Positions 39,811 through 48,265 of a stretch of 64,000 nt of DNA are shown piece by piece. This DNA comes from an uncultured Coriobacteriaceae bacterium (lineage in GTDB: Bacteria; Actinomycetota; Coriobacteriia; Coriobacteriales; Eggerthellaceae). Every line of letters begins with the position of its first letter. The first letter of the stretch is position 1. Under the pieces are notes generated by a model. The model made no database searches and was not told the origin of the DNA. It worked only from the letters and a program-made list of their open reading frames with translations. Made by a program: the position numbers and the translations under genes. The stretch covers positions 15,049 to 79,048 of the forward strand of contig URRZ01000001.1 of the NCBI GenBank assembly GCA_900550385.1, in the 5' to 3' direction.

Positions 39811-39872
39811 GCATCCGCCCTCGGGCGACAGGACTCTGCTGTAGGAAGGAGGCGCGCGCAGCGCGGTAAACC

Positions 39873-41027
39873 ATGCCGAATCTGCAAGACATCGTCGAAG
39901 TCGCGCAAGCCCTCGAAAGCAGGGCGGTGCAGGTGGTGGCCGACCGCTGCGTGGTGGTGCGCAACCGGCACGCGGCCTGCCGCAGGTGCGTGAAAGCGTG
40001 CATCGCCGACGCCATCGCCGTGAAAGGGAACCAGATCAGCTTGGACAACCAAGCGTGCGTGGGCTGCGGCGCCTGCACCGCGGCGTGCCCCGTCGAGGCG
40101 CTGGTGCCGCTCGATCCCGCCGATGGCGCGCTCGCCTCGGACGCGGCGCGATCCGCCGCCTCGCTGGACGGCGTCGCGGTGGTGGCGTGCGCACGCATCG
40201 CCTCCAAGGATCTGGGGGATCCCTCGAAATATGCGAAGGTCCCGTGCTTGGCGCGCGTGGACGAGGTGCTGCTGGTCGAATTGGCGGCGGCGGGGGTGGA
40301 ACGCGCCGTGCTGGTGGACGGCGTCTGCAAGACGTGCAAGTACCGGGATGCCGGCGCCTGCGTCGACGAGGCGGTGTCGCAGGCACGAACGCTCATATCC
40401 GCGCAAGGCGGCGGGATGGAAATCGAACGATCGAGCGAATTCCCCGATGAGGCGCTTCTGGAAGATCGCGCGAGCCTGTACGGCCAGGCGCGCAGGGGCT
40501 TCTTCTCGCGTGCGCGCGGCAAGGCTGCCGAGGCTGCCGGCAAGACGGTGGAGGTCGTGGCGTTCAAGGAGCTGGAGCAGCGCATGCCGTCGCTGCGCGA
40601 GCGGCTGGGCGTGACCGACACCGGCTCCATGCCGTGGCTTTCCGCGCAGCGCCGCATGCGCCTCATGGATTCGCTCGACCAGATGGGCGCCCCGGTCGAG
40701 GAAATCCTTGAATCGCGCCAGTTCGGCAGCGTCTCCATCGATGCGGACGAGTGCTCGGCCTGCGGCATGTGCGCGGTGTTCTGCCCGACGGGCGCCCTGC
40801 GTAAAAGCGACCTGAAGCCCGAGGACGGCGTGGGGAGCTATCTGGAGTTCCAGCTTTCCGATTGCGTCAACTGCCGCATGTGCGCGGACATCTGCATAAA
40901 GAAGTGCCTGAAGGTGGAGCAGGCGGTGTCGACCGAGGAGCTGTTCGACTTCGAGCCCCGCTTGATCCACCTGCCCGACCCGCCCAAGCGCACCGGCATG
41001 CTGACGGGGTTCAAGCGCGGCAAATAG
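39873..41027 (+). CDS. 4Fe-4S dicluster-domain protein (multiple ferredoxin motifs)
   Basis: It has the motifs CVGCGACTAACP, CSACGMCAVFCP and CVNCRMCADIC. The Shine-Dalgarno spacing for this start is poor. Confidence 0.65.
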   Translation: MPNLQDIVEVAQALESRAVQVVADRCVVVRNRHAACRRCVKACIADAIAVKGNQISLDNQACVGCGACTAACPVEALVPLDPADGALASDAARSAASLDGVAVVACARIASKDLGDPSKYAKVPCLARVDEVLLVELAAAGVERAVLVDGVCKTCKYRDAGACVDEAVSQARTLISAQGGGMEIERSSEFPDEALLEDRASLYGQARRGFFSRARGKAAEAAGKTVEVVAFKELEQRMPSLRERLGVTDTGSMPWLSAQRRMRLMDSLDQMGAPVEEILESRQFGSVSIDADECSACGMCAVFCPTGALRKSDLKPEDGVGSYLEFQLSDCVNCRMCADICIKKCLKVEQAVSTEELFDFEPRLIHLPDPPKRTGMLTGFKRGK

Positions 41028-41037
41028 GGAAAGGGGC

Positions 41038-41098
41038 GTGAAAAAGGGACGGTCGCTTCTTCATCTTGCTCATGAAAAAGCGGCCGTCCCTTTTTCAT
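41038..41098. repeat. Two back-to-back copies of the GAAAAAGGGAC..GTC..CTTTTTC palindrome, forming a bidirectional terminator between convergent genes
   Basis: The copies are GTGAAAAAGGGACGGTCGCTTCTTCAT (41038-41064) and CATGAAAAAGCGGCCGTCCCTTTTTCAT (41071-41098). They are reverse complements of each other. Confidence 0.7.
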
Positions 41099-41221
41099 CT
41101 TGTTCCTGCTCGTTCGTAACGTCAGCGAAGCTGCCTCTGGTGCCCGGGATCCCACGAAGATCGGGCACCAGAGGCAGCTGCAGCGTCGACCCGTTCCGAC
41201 GGCTGGCAAGCCGCCGGAATC

Positions 41222-42634
41222 CTAGCGCATCATCATCTTCACGATCTTCATCTTCATGTCGTCGAAGGGAGGGTTGCGCACGGGCAGCTCGAACCAGGTG
41301 CCCTTGCGCAGCGTCGACTTGTAGTGCGTGAAGCAGTCGAAGCCCACCTTGCCGTGGTAGGCGCCCATGCCGGAGTTGCCCACGCCGCCGAAGCCCATGT
41401 GGTTGTTCGCCAGGTGGATGACCACGTCGTTGACGGTGGCGCCGCCGAAGGGCAGGGTGGTGAGCACGCGGTGCTGGATCTGCTTGTCCTCGCTGAAGAT
41501 GTAGCAGGCAAGCGGCTTCTCGAAGTGCCGCACGATCTCGAACGCCTGGTCGAGCGAGCGGTACGTGATGACGGGGATCACCGGCCCGAAGATCTCCTCG
41601 CCCATGACGGGATCGTCAAGCGTCACGCCGGTAAGGCAAGTGGGCTCGATGCGCAGCGTTTCGGGATCGCCATGCCCGCCGAACGCCACGCGCGCGTCGG
41701 GGTTGCGGTTCTCGATGAGCCCCATCACGCGGTCGAAGTGACGGCGGCTGATCATGTGCGGCCATTCGTCGCATTTCAGGATGTCGTCGCCGTAGTACTG
41801 GTGGAAGCAGGCTTCCAGCTGGGGGATGAACTCGTCGACCACGTTCTCGTGCACCAGGAAGTAGTCGGGCGCCACGCAGGTCTGGCCGGTGTTGATGCCC
41901 TTGCCCCAGGCGATGCGCTGCGCGGCACGGCGCACGTCGGCGTCGGAATGCACGATGCAGGGGCTTTTGCCGCCCAGCTCCAGCACGACAGGCGTTAGGT
42001 TCTTCGCCGCCGCCGCCATGATGGTGTGACCCACGTTCGGGCTGCCAGTGAAAAAGATCTGATCCCAACGTGCTGCGAGCAGCCAGTCGTTCATAGCCCC
42101 CGATCCCGGGAAAGCGCATATGAAGTCGTCGGGGAACACTGAGCCGAGCATTTCGACGAGCAGATTTCCCGTCTCCTTCGAGGTGCGCGAGGGCTTGAGC
42201 GCCACGCAGTTGCCGGCGGCGATGGCGTCGACCATCGGCACGAGCGCCAGCTGCAGCGGGTAGTTCCACGGCGAGAGCACCAGCACCACGCCCAGCGGGC
42301 TGGGATAGACCTTCGACGTGGAATGGAAGTGCACGGGCGGCGAGGCAACGCGCTTGGGGCGCGACCACTTGTTCAGATGCTTGAGCATCATCGTGATCTC
42401 GTCGTAGACGATGCCCAGCTCGGTGGCGTAGCCTTCGAACGGCGCCTTGCCCAGATCCTGCTGCAGGGCATCGAGCACGCGCTGCTCGTTGGCGCGCAGC
42501 CAACCGCGCAGCTTCTCGAGCGCCTGGCGGCGATAGGGAACGTGCATCGACGTGCCCGTCAGAAAGAAGTCGTGCATCTTCTGCGCCGCGGCTTCGACGT
42601 CCGCCACGCCGTTGTAGGTTGGGATATCGCTCAT
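41222..42634 (-). CDS. NAD(P)-dependent aldehyde dehydrogenase (class 3-like)
   Basis: 470 aa. It has FTGS, ELGGKSP, the catalytic Cys region GQTCVAPDY, and the EEIFGPV motif. Confidence 0.9.
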   Translation of the reverse strand: MSDIPTYNGVADVEAAAQKMHDFFLTGTSMHVPYRRQALEKLRGWLRANEQRVLDALQQDLGKAPFEGYATELGIVYDEITMMLKHLNKWSRPKRVASPPVHFHSTSKVYPSPLGVVLVLSPWNYPLQLALVPMVDAIAAGNCVALKPSRTSKETGNLLVEMLGSVFPDDFICAFPGSGAMNDWLLAARWDQIFFTGSPNVGHTIMAAAAKNLTPVVLELGGKSPCIVHSDADVRRAAQRIAWGKGINTGQTCVAPDYFLVHENVVDEFIPQLEACFHQYYGDDILKCDEWPHMISRRHFDRVMGLIENRNPDARVAFGGHGDPETLRIEPTCLTGVTLDDPVMGEEIFGPVIPVITYRSLDQAFEIVRHFEKPLACYIFSEDKQIQHRVLTTLPFGGATVNDVVIHLANNHMGFGGVGNSGMGAYHGKVGFDCFTHYKSTLRKGTWFELPVRNPPFDDMKMKIVKMMMR

Positions 42635-42806
42635 GATCGTTTTCCTTTCAGAGGATTCGAGTCAGTCGGATTATGCAGCTCGGAAGGGCGGGGAGGGGTT
42701 CGCGCGCAGTTTCCGCAGCCCTCTCATCGCGTTCGTAGAACGCGATATTCAAAGGGCGAGGACTTGTTTGAACACGTGCCCCTCCCCGCCCTTCCGAGCG
42801 GTCGGA

Positions 42807-43994
42807 CTAGTAAACCGCTTCCAGGATCTCCATCGCGTCCTCGATCGTCACTTCCGTGGCGTTGTAGAGCGCTGCGCCGTCGTAGCGCGCCTGCTTCGCC
42901 ACGGCTTGCAGCTGGTCGCGCTCGATGCCCAGCTCGCGCAGGGTCAGCGGCACGCCGTGCTTTTCATGGAAGCCCTTGTTCAACGCGAACAGCGCTTCGC
43001 AGACTGCCTCGTCGCGTTCGGCGGCGGATGCATGCGCCAGCTGCGCGTTGCGTGCAGGGTCCAGATATCCTAGCAGCTCGCCGTAGACGCCGGCGTGCAC
43101 GCCGTGGTCGAGGTTCCAGCGCACGCAATGGGGCAGGAGCATCATCATCGCCTGGCCGTGGGGTACATGGCACAGGCCGCCGAGCGAGTGCCCGATGGCG
43201 TGGACGATGCCCACCATCGCGTTGCTGAACGCTGCGCCTGCCATCAGCGACGCCAGCGCCAGGTTCGTGCGGGCGTCCACGTCGTCGCCCTGCTCGCAGG
43301 CGCGCGGCAGGTTGGCGGCGATAAGCTCGATCGCCTTGACGGCGAACGCGTCGGACACGGGGTTCTTCTGGATGGAGGTGTAGGCCTCCACGGCGTGCGT
43401 CAGCGCGTCCATGCCGGTGGTGGCGGTGAGCTTGGGCGGAAGCGTGGCAGTGAGCGCCGGGTCGAGGATCGCGGCGTGCGGCACCAGCTTGTAGGACGTG
43501 AACGAGAGCTTAGCGTGCTTGTGCGTGTCGGCCACCACGGCCACCAGCGTGACCTCGCTGCCGGTGCCGGCGGTGGTGGGCACGGCGATGAACGGCGGCA
43601 TGTCGCGCGTGAGGATCTCGGCGCCCTGCAGCGTGGCGAAGTCGACGCCTTCGCAGGACAGCGAGGCCGCCGCACCCTTGGCGGTGTCGATGACCGAGCC
43701 GCCGCCGATGGCGACGAACCCGTCGCAGCCGCGCTCCTGGTAAAGGTGCGTCACCTCGTTCACCACGTCCATCGAGGAGTCGGGCGGCACCTGGTCGAAC
43801 ACGTCGTAGGAAACGCCGGCAGCGTCCAGCACGCCGGTGAGCTTGGCGGCGACGCCCAGCTTCACCAGGCCGGCGTCGGTCATCACCAGCGGGTGGCTCA
43901 TGCCCTGCGATTCGAGCTCGTTGGGCAGTTTGTCGAGCGCGTGCTGGCCGCAGATGATCTTGGTGGGGCAGTGGAATTCGAAACCCGTGGTCAT
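42807..43994 (-). CDS. Iron-containing (group III) alcohol dehydrogenase
   Basis: It has IGGGSVIDTAKG, the metal-binding His motifs (HAVEAY, HAIGHSLG), and a start at MTTGFEF. Confidence 0.9.
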   Translation of the reverse strand: MTTGFEFHCPTKIICGQHALDKLPNELESQGMSHPLVMTDAGLVKLGVAAKLTGVLDAAGVSYDVFDQVPPDSSMDVVNEVTHLYQERGCDGFVAIGGGSVIDTAKGAAASLSCEGVDFATLQGAEILTRDMPPFIAVPTTAGTGSEVTLVAVVADTHKHAKLSFTSYKLVPHAAILDPALTATLPPKLTATTGMDALTHAVEAYTSIQKNPVSDAFAVKAIELIAANLPRACEQGDDVDARTNLALASLMAGAAFSNAMVGIVHAIGHSLGGLCHVPHGQAMMMLLPHCVRWNLDHGVHAGVYGELLGYLDPARNAQLAHASAAERDEAVCEALFALNKGFHEKHGVPLTLRELGIERDQLQAVAKQARYDGAALYNATEVTIEDAMEILEAVY

Positions 43995-44017
43995 GGCGTC
44001 TTCTTTCTCGCTGGGCG

Positions 44018-44545
44018 CTACGCGGTGCGGCGCTGCGCTTTGGGGGCGTTGCGGTAGGCGGCGCGCCAGCCGAAGAACATCTTCAGTAGCGCGGTGAACA
44101 TATAGGTGAGGGCGACGCCCGTGTCGTTGGGGCCGCGGGTGGAGAACGCGCGCTCGGCCAAGGCGTCTTTCAGCGTCTCGCCGCCGGAGAAGCAGGCGAA
44201 GGCGAAGGGCACGGAGCGGAAGTCGATAACGTAGTCGACGGTGGCTGCCTGCGGGTCGGCGGAGGCGAGGCCGCTTCCCGGTTCCACGTCGCGGGCGATG
44301 CGCGTAGGCGGTACGCGCTTGAACGAGCCGGCGTCGGTGCGGCGGCAGGTGCCGGCAAGGTCGGTGCCCTGCACGCTCAGCTGGAAGGTGTAGCCCGGCT
44401 GCAGGTAGTCGATCTCCGCGCGGATCTTCTTCGAGAAGTGGCGGAAGATGCTGATGAGCAGGGGCAGCAGGCGCAATAGCACGCGCACATACAGCGCTTG
44501 GACGTGCCATGCCGCGCCATGTCGGACGGAACCGGCTTCGGCCAT
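44018..44545 (-). CDS. Hypothetical protein, co-oriented with and 23 nt upstream of the alcohol dehydrogenase gene
   Basis: It has a good Shine-Dalgarno site (GAGGAAAGGGG) and a plausible composition. No family was recognised from sequence alone. Confidence 0.5.
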   Translation of the reverse strand: MAEAGSVRHGAAWHVQALYVRVLLRLLPLLISIFRHFSKKIRAEIDYLQPGYTFQLSVQGTDLAGTCRRTDAGSFKRVPPTRIARDVEPGSGLASADPQAATVDYVIDFRSVPFAFACFSGGETLKDALAERAFSTRGPNDTGVALTYMFTALLKMFFGWRAAYRNAPKAQRRTA

Positions 44546-45089
44546 GGGATCCCCTTTCCTCGTTCTCCCTTATGCGCTAATCATAGGGTTCGCGCCGCCG
44601 GAGCCGATGCACCTCTCGCCGCCCGGCGACCCTTCATCCGCTAGCGGTTGGGGGAAGCGGACGATCTTCGGCTCCGTTGCACACGTGTTTCGCGACGGGT
44701 CTGCGCCTTCGTCTTGCTTCAACTCCTGTTTTTTCGCGTTTTGCGCGATCCGCCAAAGGGTTCATTCAGCGAATAATCTGGCGCTGGAACTCCGATCTGG
44801 GGTTATGCCGCCGATCTGTTTCGCTTGAGCGGCTTTGCGATGCGGATGGGGCTTTTGAATCGCGCAAAACCTCGCAAAATCGGACCAACCCCTTCGGAGT
44901 CGAACGCCGCGCCTTCGCGTGAAGGGGCCGCTTGGATATATACTGGGATCATGCCGGCTCTTTAGAATGCGGAGCGCGGCGATCGGGCGGGTGCGACGCG
45001 GCCCGCAGGACGGGTGGGATGCGGCCTGCGGGGCGAGCGGACCGTCATGCCGCCCGCAGCGGCGTAGCGCCGCGGAACGGGAGGATGAC

Positions 45090-46022
45090 ATGGGTGGAAC
45101 GTTCATGCTCGCGGTGCCCATCATCGGGGCGGTGGCCATCGCGATGCTCGTGGTGGTGGCTTTGGCCGCCGTCGCCTTCATCGGCGCCACGGTCGTGAGC
45201 ATCGTGTTCGCCGCGCGCACCGGGAAGCGCCGCGCCCAAGGGAAGAAGCTCAAGGGCCTGATCGCCATCCCCATCGTCCTGTATGCGGTGAGCGTGCCGG
45301 TGCTGGCATGGTTCGCCGTCGTCATCGCCTTTCCCATCATCGATGCCGATCTGACCATCCGCTACGACGATTGCTCCGAGGCGATCGTCACCCACGACCC
45401 CATCGAGTTGCGGGAATGCCTCCAGACCCTCACCGATCCCCTGCCCGTCGAGGGGGAGGGCTCTTGGGAGGAACTGCTCCGGGTGTCCATCGAGTACGGG
45501 GATGACGAGTGCGTGCGCATCGTGTTCGACGAGGCGGATGCCCAGGGTGCGCCCCTCGACGTGGACGCGCCGCTTCCCAGCTACGATTCCGAAGGCGTTG
45601 CGGGCGATGCGGAGCCGCCGCTTCTGCTGGCGCTGGGATTCTGCTACAGCTCGCCCGACATGATCCGCGTCCTGCTGGATGAAGGCGCGGATCCCAACAT
45701 CGCCGCTGCCGCTGCCGACGGCATCCATGCATCCGAGCTTTCCGAAGGGGAGACGCCGTTGCATCTGGCATGCCGCGGGGTGGCGGGCGCCTCGGTCTAC
45801 GTGGACGACGACGAGCAGGATGCCCTTCAGGTCCTCGGCGAAACCGACGAGGTGGTGGACCTGCTGCTCGCATACGGCGCCGATCCTGCCATCGAGGATG
45901 CGGAAGGGCGGACGCCGTGGGACAACTACGTCGCGCGGGTCGCGCGCTTCGTGCAATACGACGATCTGAGCGGGGACGAGGCTGACCGGATCCTCGAAAG
46001 CCGCGCGGAGGTTCTCCGCTGA
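45090..46022 (+). CDS. Membrane-anchored ankyrin-repeat protein
   Basis: It has N-terminal TM helices, then ANK-like repeats (GETPLHLACR.., VVDLLLAYGADPAIEDAEGRTPWD). A GGGAGGA Shine-Dalgarno site precedes the ATG at 45090. Confidence 0.7.
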   Translation: MGGTFMLAVPIIGAVAIAMLVVVALAAVAFIGATVVSIVFAARTGKRRAQGKKLKGLIAIPIVLYAVSVPVLAWFAVVIAFPIIDADLTIRYDDCSEAIVTHDPIELRECLQTLTDPLPVEGEGSWEELLRVSIEYGDDECVRIVFDEADAQGAPLDVDAPLPSYDSEGVAGDAEPPLLLALGFCYSSPDMIRVLLDEGADPNIAAAAADGIHASELSEGETPLHLACRGVAGASVYVDDDEQDALQVLGETDEVVDLLLAYGADPAIEDAEGRTPWDNYVARVARFVQYDDLSGDEADRILESRAEVLR

Positions 46023-46171
46023 GAAGGCGTTGAGGGCGTCGGCGACTCGAGCCGGAGACGGAGGCGCGCGCTCGCGCAACGCGCGGCGTCTTGCGTGGCG
46101 GGCGACCATTCGCTCGCTTGCGTTATGCGAAGCGGCCCGCAGGCGGGCGTCTGTCGCGTGCTTGGTTCGCC

Positions 46172-47203
46172 CTACACGATGGGCGGTGTCCATTCGGACA
46201 GGCCCTTCGCCCGGCGGTTGGCGCGACGGCCGCGCATGTTGGCGACGCAGCCCTGCATGCCGTGGGGGATGTAGCCCATGTCCTCGATGTTCTCGGGCAG
46301 ATAGCTCACCAAGCTCAGCGGCGCCGTTTGCTCCACGTGCTCGGGCATGGCTCCCGGCACGGCTTCGAATCCGCACACCACGGCGCCTTGGCCGGTGAGC
46401 TTGGCCTCGTAGGCGCTCAGCGGCTCGTCGGGGAACAGCGCGCGCACGTCGTCGGCGTTCCAGAGCAGGTCGTAGCCCGCAAGCTCGATCTGCGTGAGCG
46501 AGAAGTCGCGGAAGGGCAGGCTGTCGGTGCGCAGGCGCACGGATGCGCCGGGCGCGAGGATCTTGCGGTAGGCCATCAGCCGATCGAGGTGCGTCAGGCG
46601 CAGGTGCGCTTTCTTCTTCTTGGGGAACGGCGTGGGGAAGTTCATGAGGATGCCGTCGATCTCGTCCGGCGCGAACAGCATGGCAAGGTCGGGGTCGTCC
46701 GCCCATACGAACACGGCGTTGGGAACGCCCTCCGCCAGCGCCAGCTCGGCGCCGCGCATCACGCAGACGCCCTCCACGTCCAACCCGATGTAAAGCGTGT
46801 CGGGGCGCAGCTTCGCGCAGGCGACGGTGTACTCGCCTTTGCCGCAACCCAAGTCGAGGATGACGCGGTCGAAGGGCGCGCGGGGAGTGGGGGCGCTGCT
46901 GCTGCGAGCGCCGTCGCTTGCGTCGGTCGTCGCGTCGGCGGAGCAGTCGTCGGCGGCAGCTGTTTCGGCGAGAGGGCGAATGCATGGGGCGGCAGTCGCG
47001 GCGGGGCGACCGGTCGGGGTGGCTGCCATATCGGCGAGACGACGGTTCGCGGCAGCGTCCGCGTTCGCCGAATCAACGGAGGGAGTCCATCCGTGCCACT
47101 TGCCGCGCCACGATTCAGGGCTGCGCTCCACCGCCTGCGCGCAGCCGGCGAGGCGGTCTTCCAGGGAAAAGTCTTTCGGCAAACGCGATCGCGGCGTGCG
47201 CAC
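46172..47203 (-). CDS. trmB: tRNA (guanine-N7)-methyltransferase with a low-complexity insertion
   Basis: It has WRGKW, the SAM motif LDLGCGKGEY, and FPTPFPKKKKAHLR.. The GTG start at 47203 is preceded by AGGAGA. An Ala/Asp/Thr-rich insert of about 60 aa lies after the N-terminal segment. Confidence 0.8.
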   Translation of the reverse strand: MRTPRSRLPKDFSLEDRLAGCAQAVERSPESWRGKWHGWTPSVDSANADAAANRRLADMAATPTGRPAATAAPCIRPLAETAAADDCSADATTDASDGARSSSAPTPRAPFDRVILDLGCGKGEYTVACAKLRPDTLYIGLDVEGVCVMRGAELALAEGVPNAVFVWADDPDLAMLFAPDEIDGILMNFPTPFPKKKKAHLRLTHLDRLMAYRKILAPGASVRLRTDSLPFRDFSLTQIELAGYDLLWNADDVRALFPDEPLSAYEAKLTGQGAVVCGFEAVPGAMPEHVEQTAPLSLVSYLPENIEDMGYIPHGMQGCVANMRGRRANRRAKGLSEWTPPIV

Positions 47204-47410
47204 GGGGTCTCCTATCTGAATCAAGCGAAAGAGTCGAAGGTGCTTTGCAGTATGATACGCTAGCTTGGCGAAGCGCGGTTCGCCGCACGTCGAGCATGCT
47301 GCACGTTTCTGATGCTGTGCGGCTTGCTTCCCTCCGATCCCAGTTCGCAAGCTGATCTCGGGGTGCATTTCCTGATGTCGGAGCATGTGCGCATCCCGTA
47401 GGCTCGCAGA

Positions 47411-47470
47411 ACCGTGCATTTCGGGAAGCATTCGCCATCGGCGAGCGAAAGAGTTTCGAAATGCACGGTG
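47411..47470. repeat. Fixed-geometry inverted repeat, copy 4
   Basis: The arms are ACCGTGCATTTCGGG and GTTTCGAAATGCACGGTG. The heptamer span is 47413-47467, which is 55 nt. Confidence 0.8.
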
Positions 47471-47555
47471 CTTTGCCGCGATAGGGAGTTCGCCTCGCGT
47501 TGGCTTCAGAAAACCCCCAGTTCAAAAGCACGTCGTGCGTTTCGGCGATTTTTCG

Positions 47556-47615
47556 ATCGTGCATATCGGCGCTTTTTCCCATAAGGGTGGCAAATTCGTC
47601 CCGAAATGCACGATG
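47556..47615. repeat. Fixed-geometry inverted repeat, copy 5
   Basis: The arms are ATCGTGCATATCGG and CCCGAAATGCACGAT. The heptamer span is 47558-47612, which is 55 nt. Confidence 0.8.
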
Positions 47616-47637
47616 CCGCCCCGAAGCCGGAAGGCGA

Positions 47638-48089
47638 TCAGCGCGGGATTGCAAGCTCCATATGCAAGATGGGGTAGGGGTTGCCCTGCTCGTCGAGCTC
47701 CGAGCGTCCGCGCATGACGAAACCCAGGTGCTCGTAGAAGCCTCGCGCCCCGGGGTTCTGCTCGTTCACGTCGAGCTTCTTCACGCCGCAGGCGGCGACG
47801 CCGTGCTTTAGGAGCCGTTTCCCGACACCGCGTCCGCGCTGCCCATCGGCGACGAACAGCATCTCGAGCTTGTCCCCGTCGATTCCCGTGAATGCCGTGG
47901 GCGCGCCGTCCGCGTTCTCCTCGACGATCAGCAGGGGGACTCCGGCGAGTGCGGTGGGCACGTATTCGCGGATGCCGAGGATCTCGCTTTCCGTCAGGAA
48001 CAAGTGCGTTGCGCGCACCGACCCTTCCCATACGTCGAGCAGCTGGTCGATGAGCTCGGGGGTCTCTGTTCGGGCGCGATTTCGCGCAT
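47638..48089 (-). pseudogene. GNAT-family N-acetyltransferase with an apparent homopolymer frameshift near the 5-prime end
   Basis: The GNAT core QRGRGVGKRLL..GARGFYEHLGF is present. The in-frame conserved segment PELIDQLLDVWEGSVRATH lies upstream of the only in-frame start, a GTG at 48018. A strong GGAGGA-N5-ATG at 48089 is in the neighbouring frame, and the two frames join at the G5 run at 48058-48062. Confidence 0.6.
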
Positions 48090-48132
48090 CTGGATCCTCC
48101 TTCTCCGGCTTTGCGTTCGGTGTCTTCGGAAT

Positions 48133-48159
48133 GTGAAAAAGCGACTGTCCCTTTTTCGC
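48133..48159. repeat. GAAAAAGCGAC-TGTC-CCTTTTTC palindrome copy in a divergent promoter region
   Basis: The sequence is GTGAAAAAGCGACTGTCCCTTTTTCGC. It lies between the GNAT start and the XRE-fusion start. Confidence 0.65.
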
Positions 48160-48265
48160 ATTTTACTGGTTCGGCGAGAAGCAACGGGCTGTTTCTTGCG
48201 GGGCGGCTGCCTGCTCGGGGACAATGTGCGCGTGACGGACGATCGGCGAGAGGGAGGAAAAGGCC

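Noticed and set aside
45045-46985. A 646-aa - strand ORF, and similar long ORFs at 59392..61299 (-), 56207..58567 (5-prime extension) and 42807..44510 (5-prime extension)
   Set aside because: Each is either antisense to a recognised gene or an artificial upstream extension of a real gene to the first in-frame start. Starts were trimmed using homology-like N-termini and Shine-Dalgarno sites.
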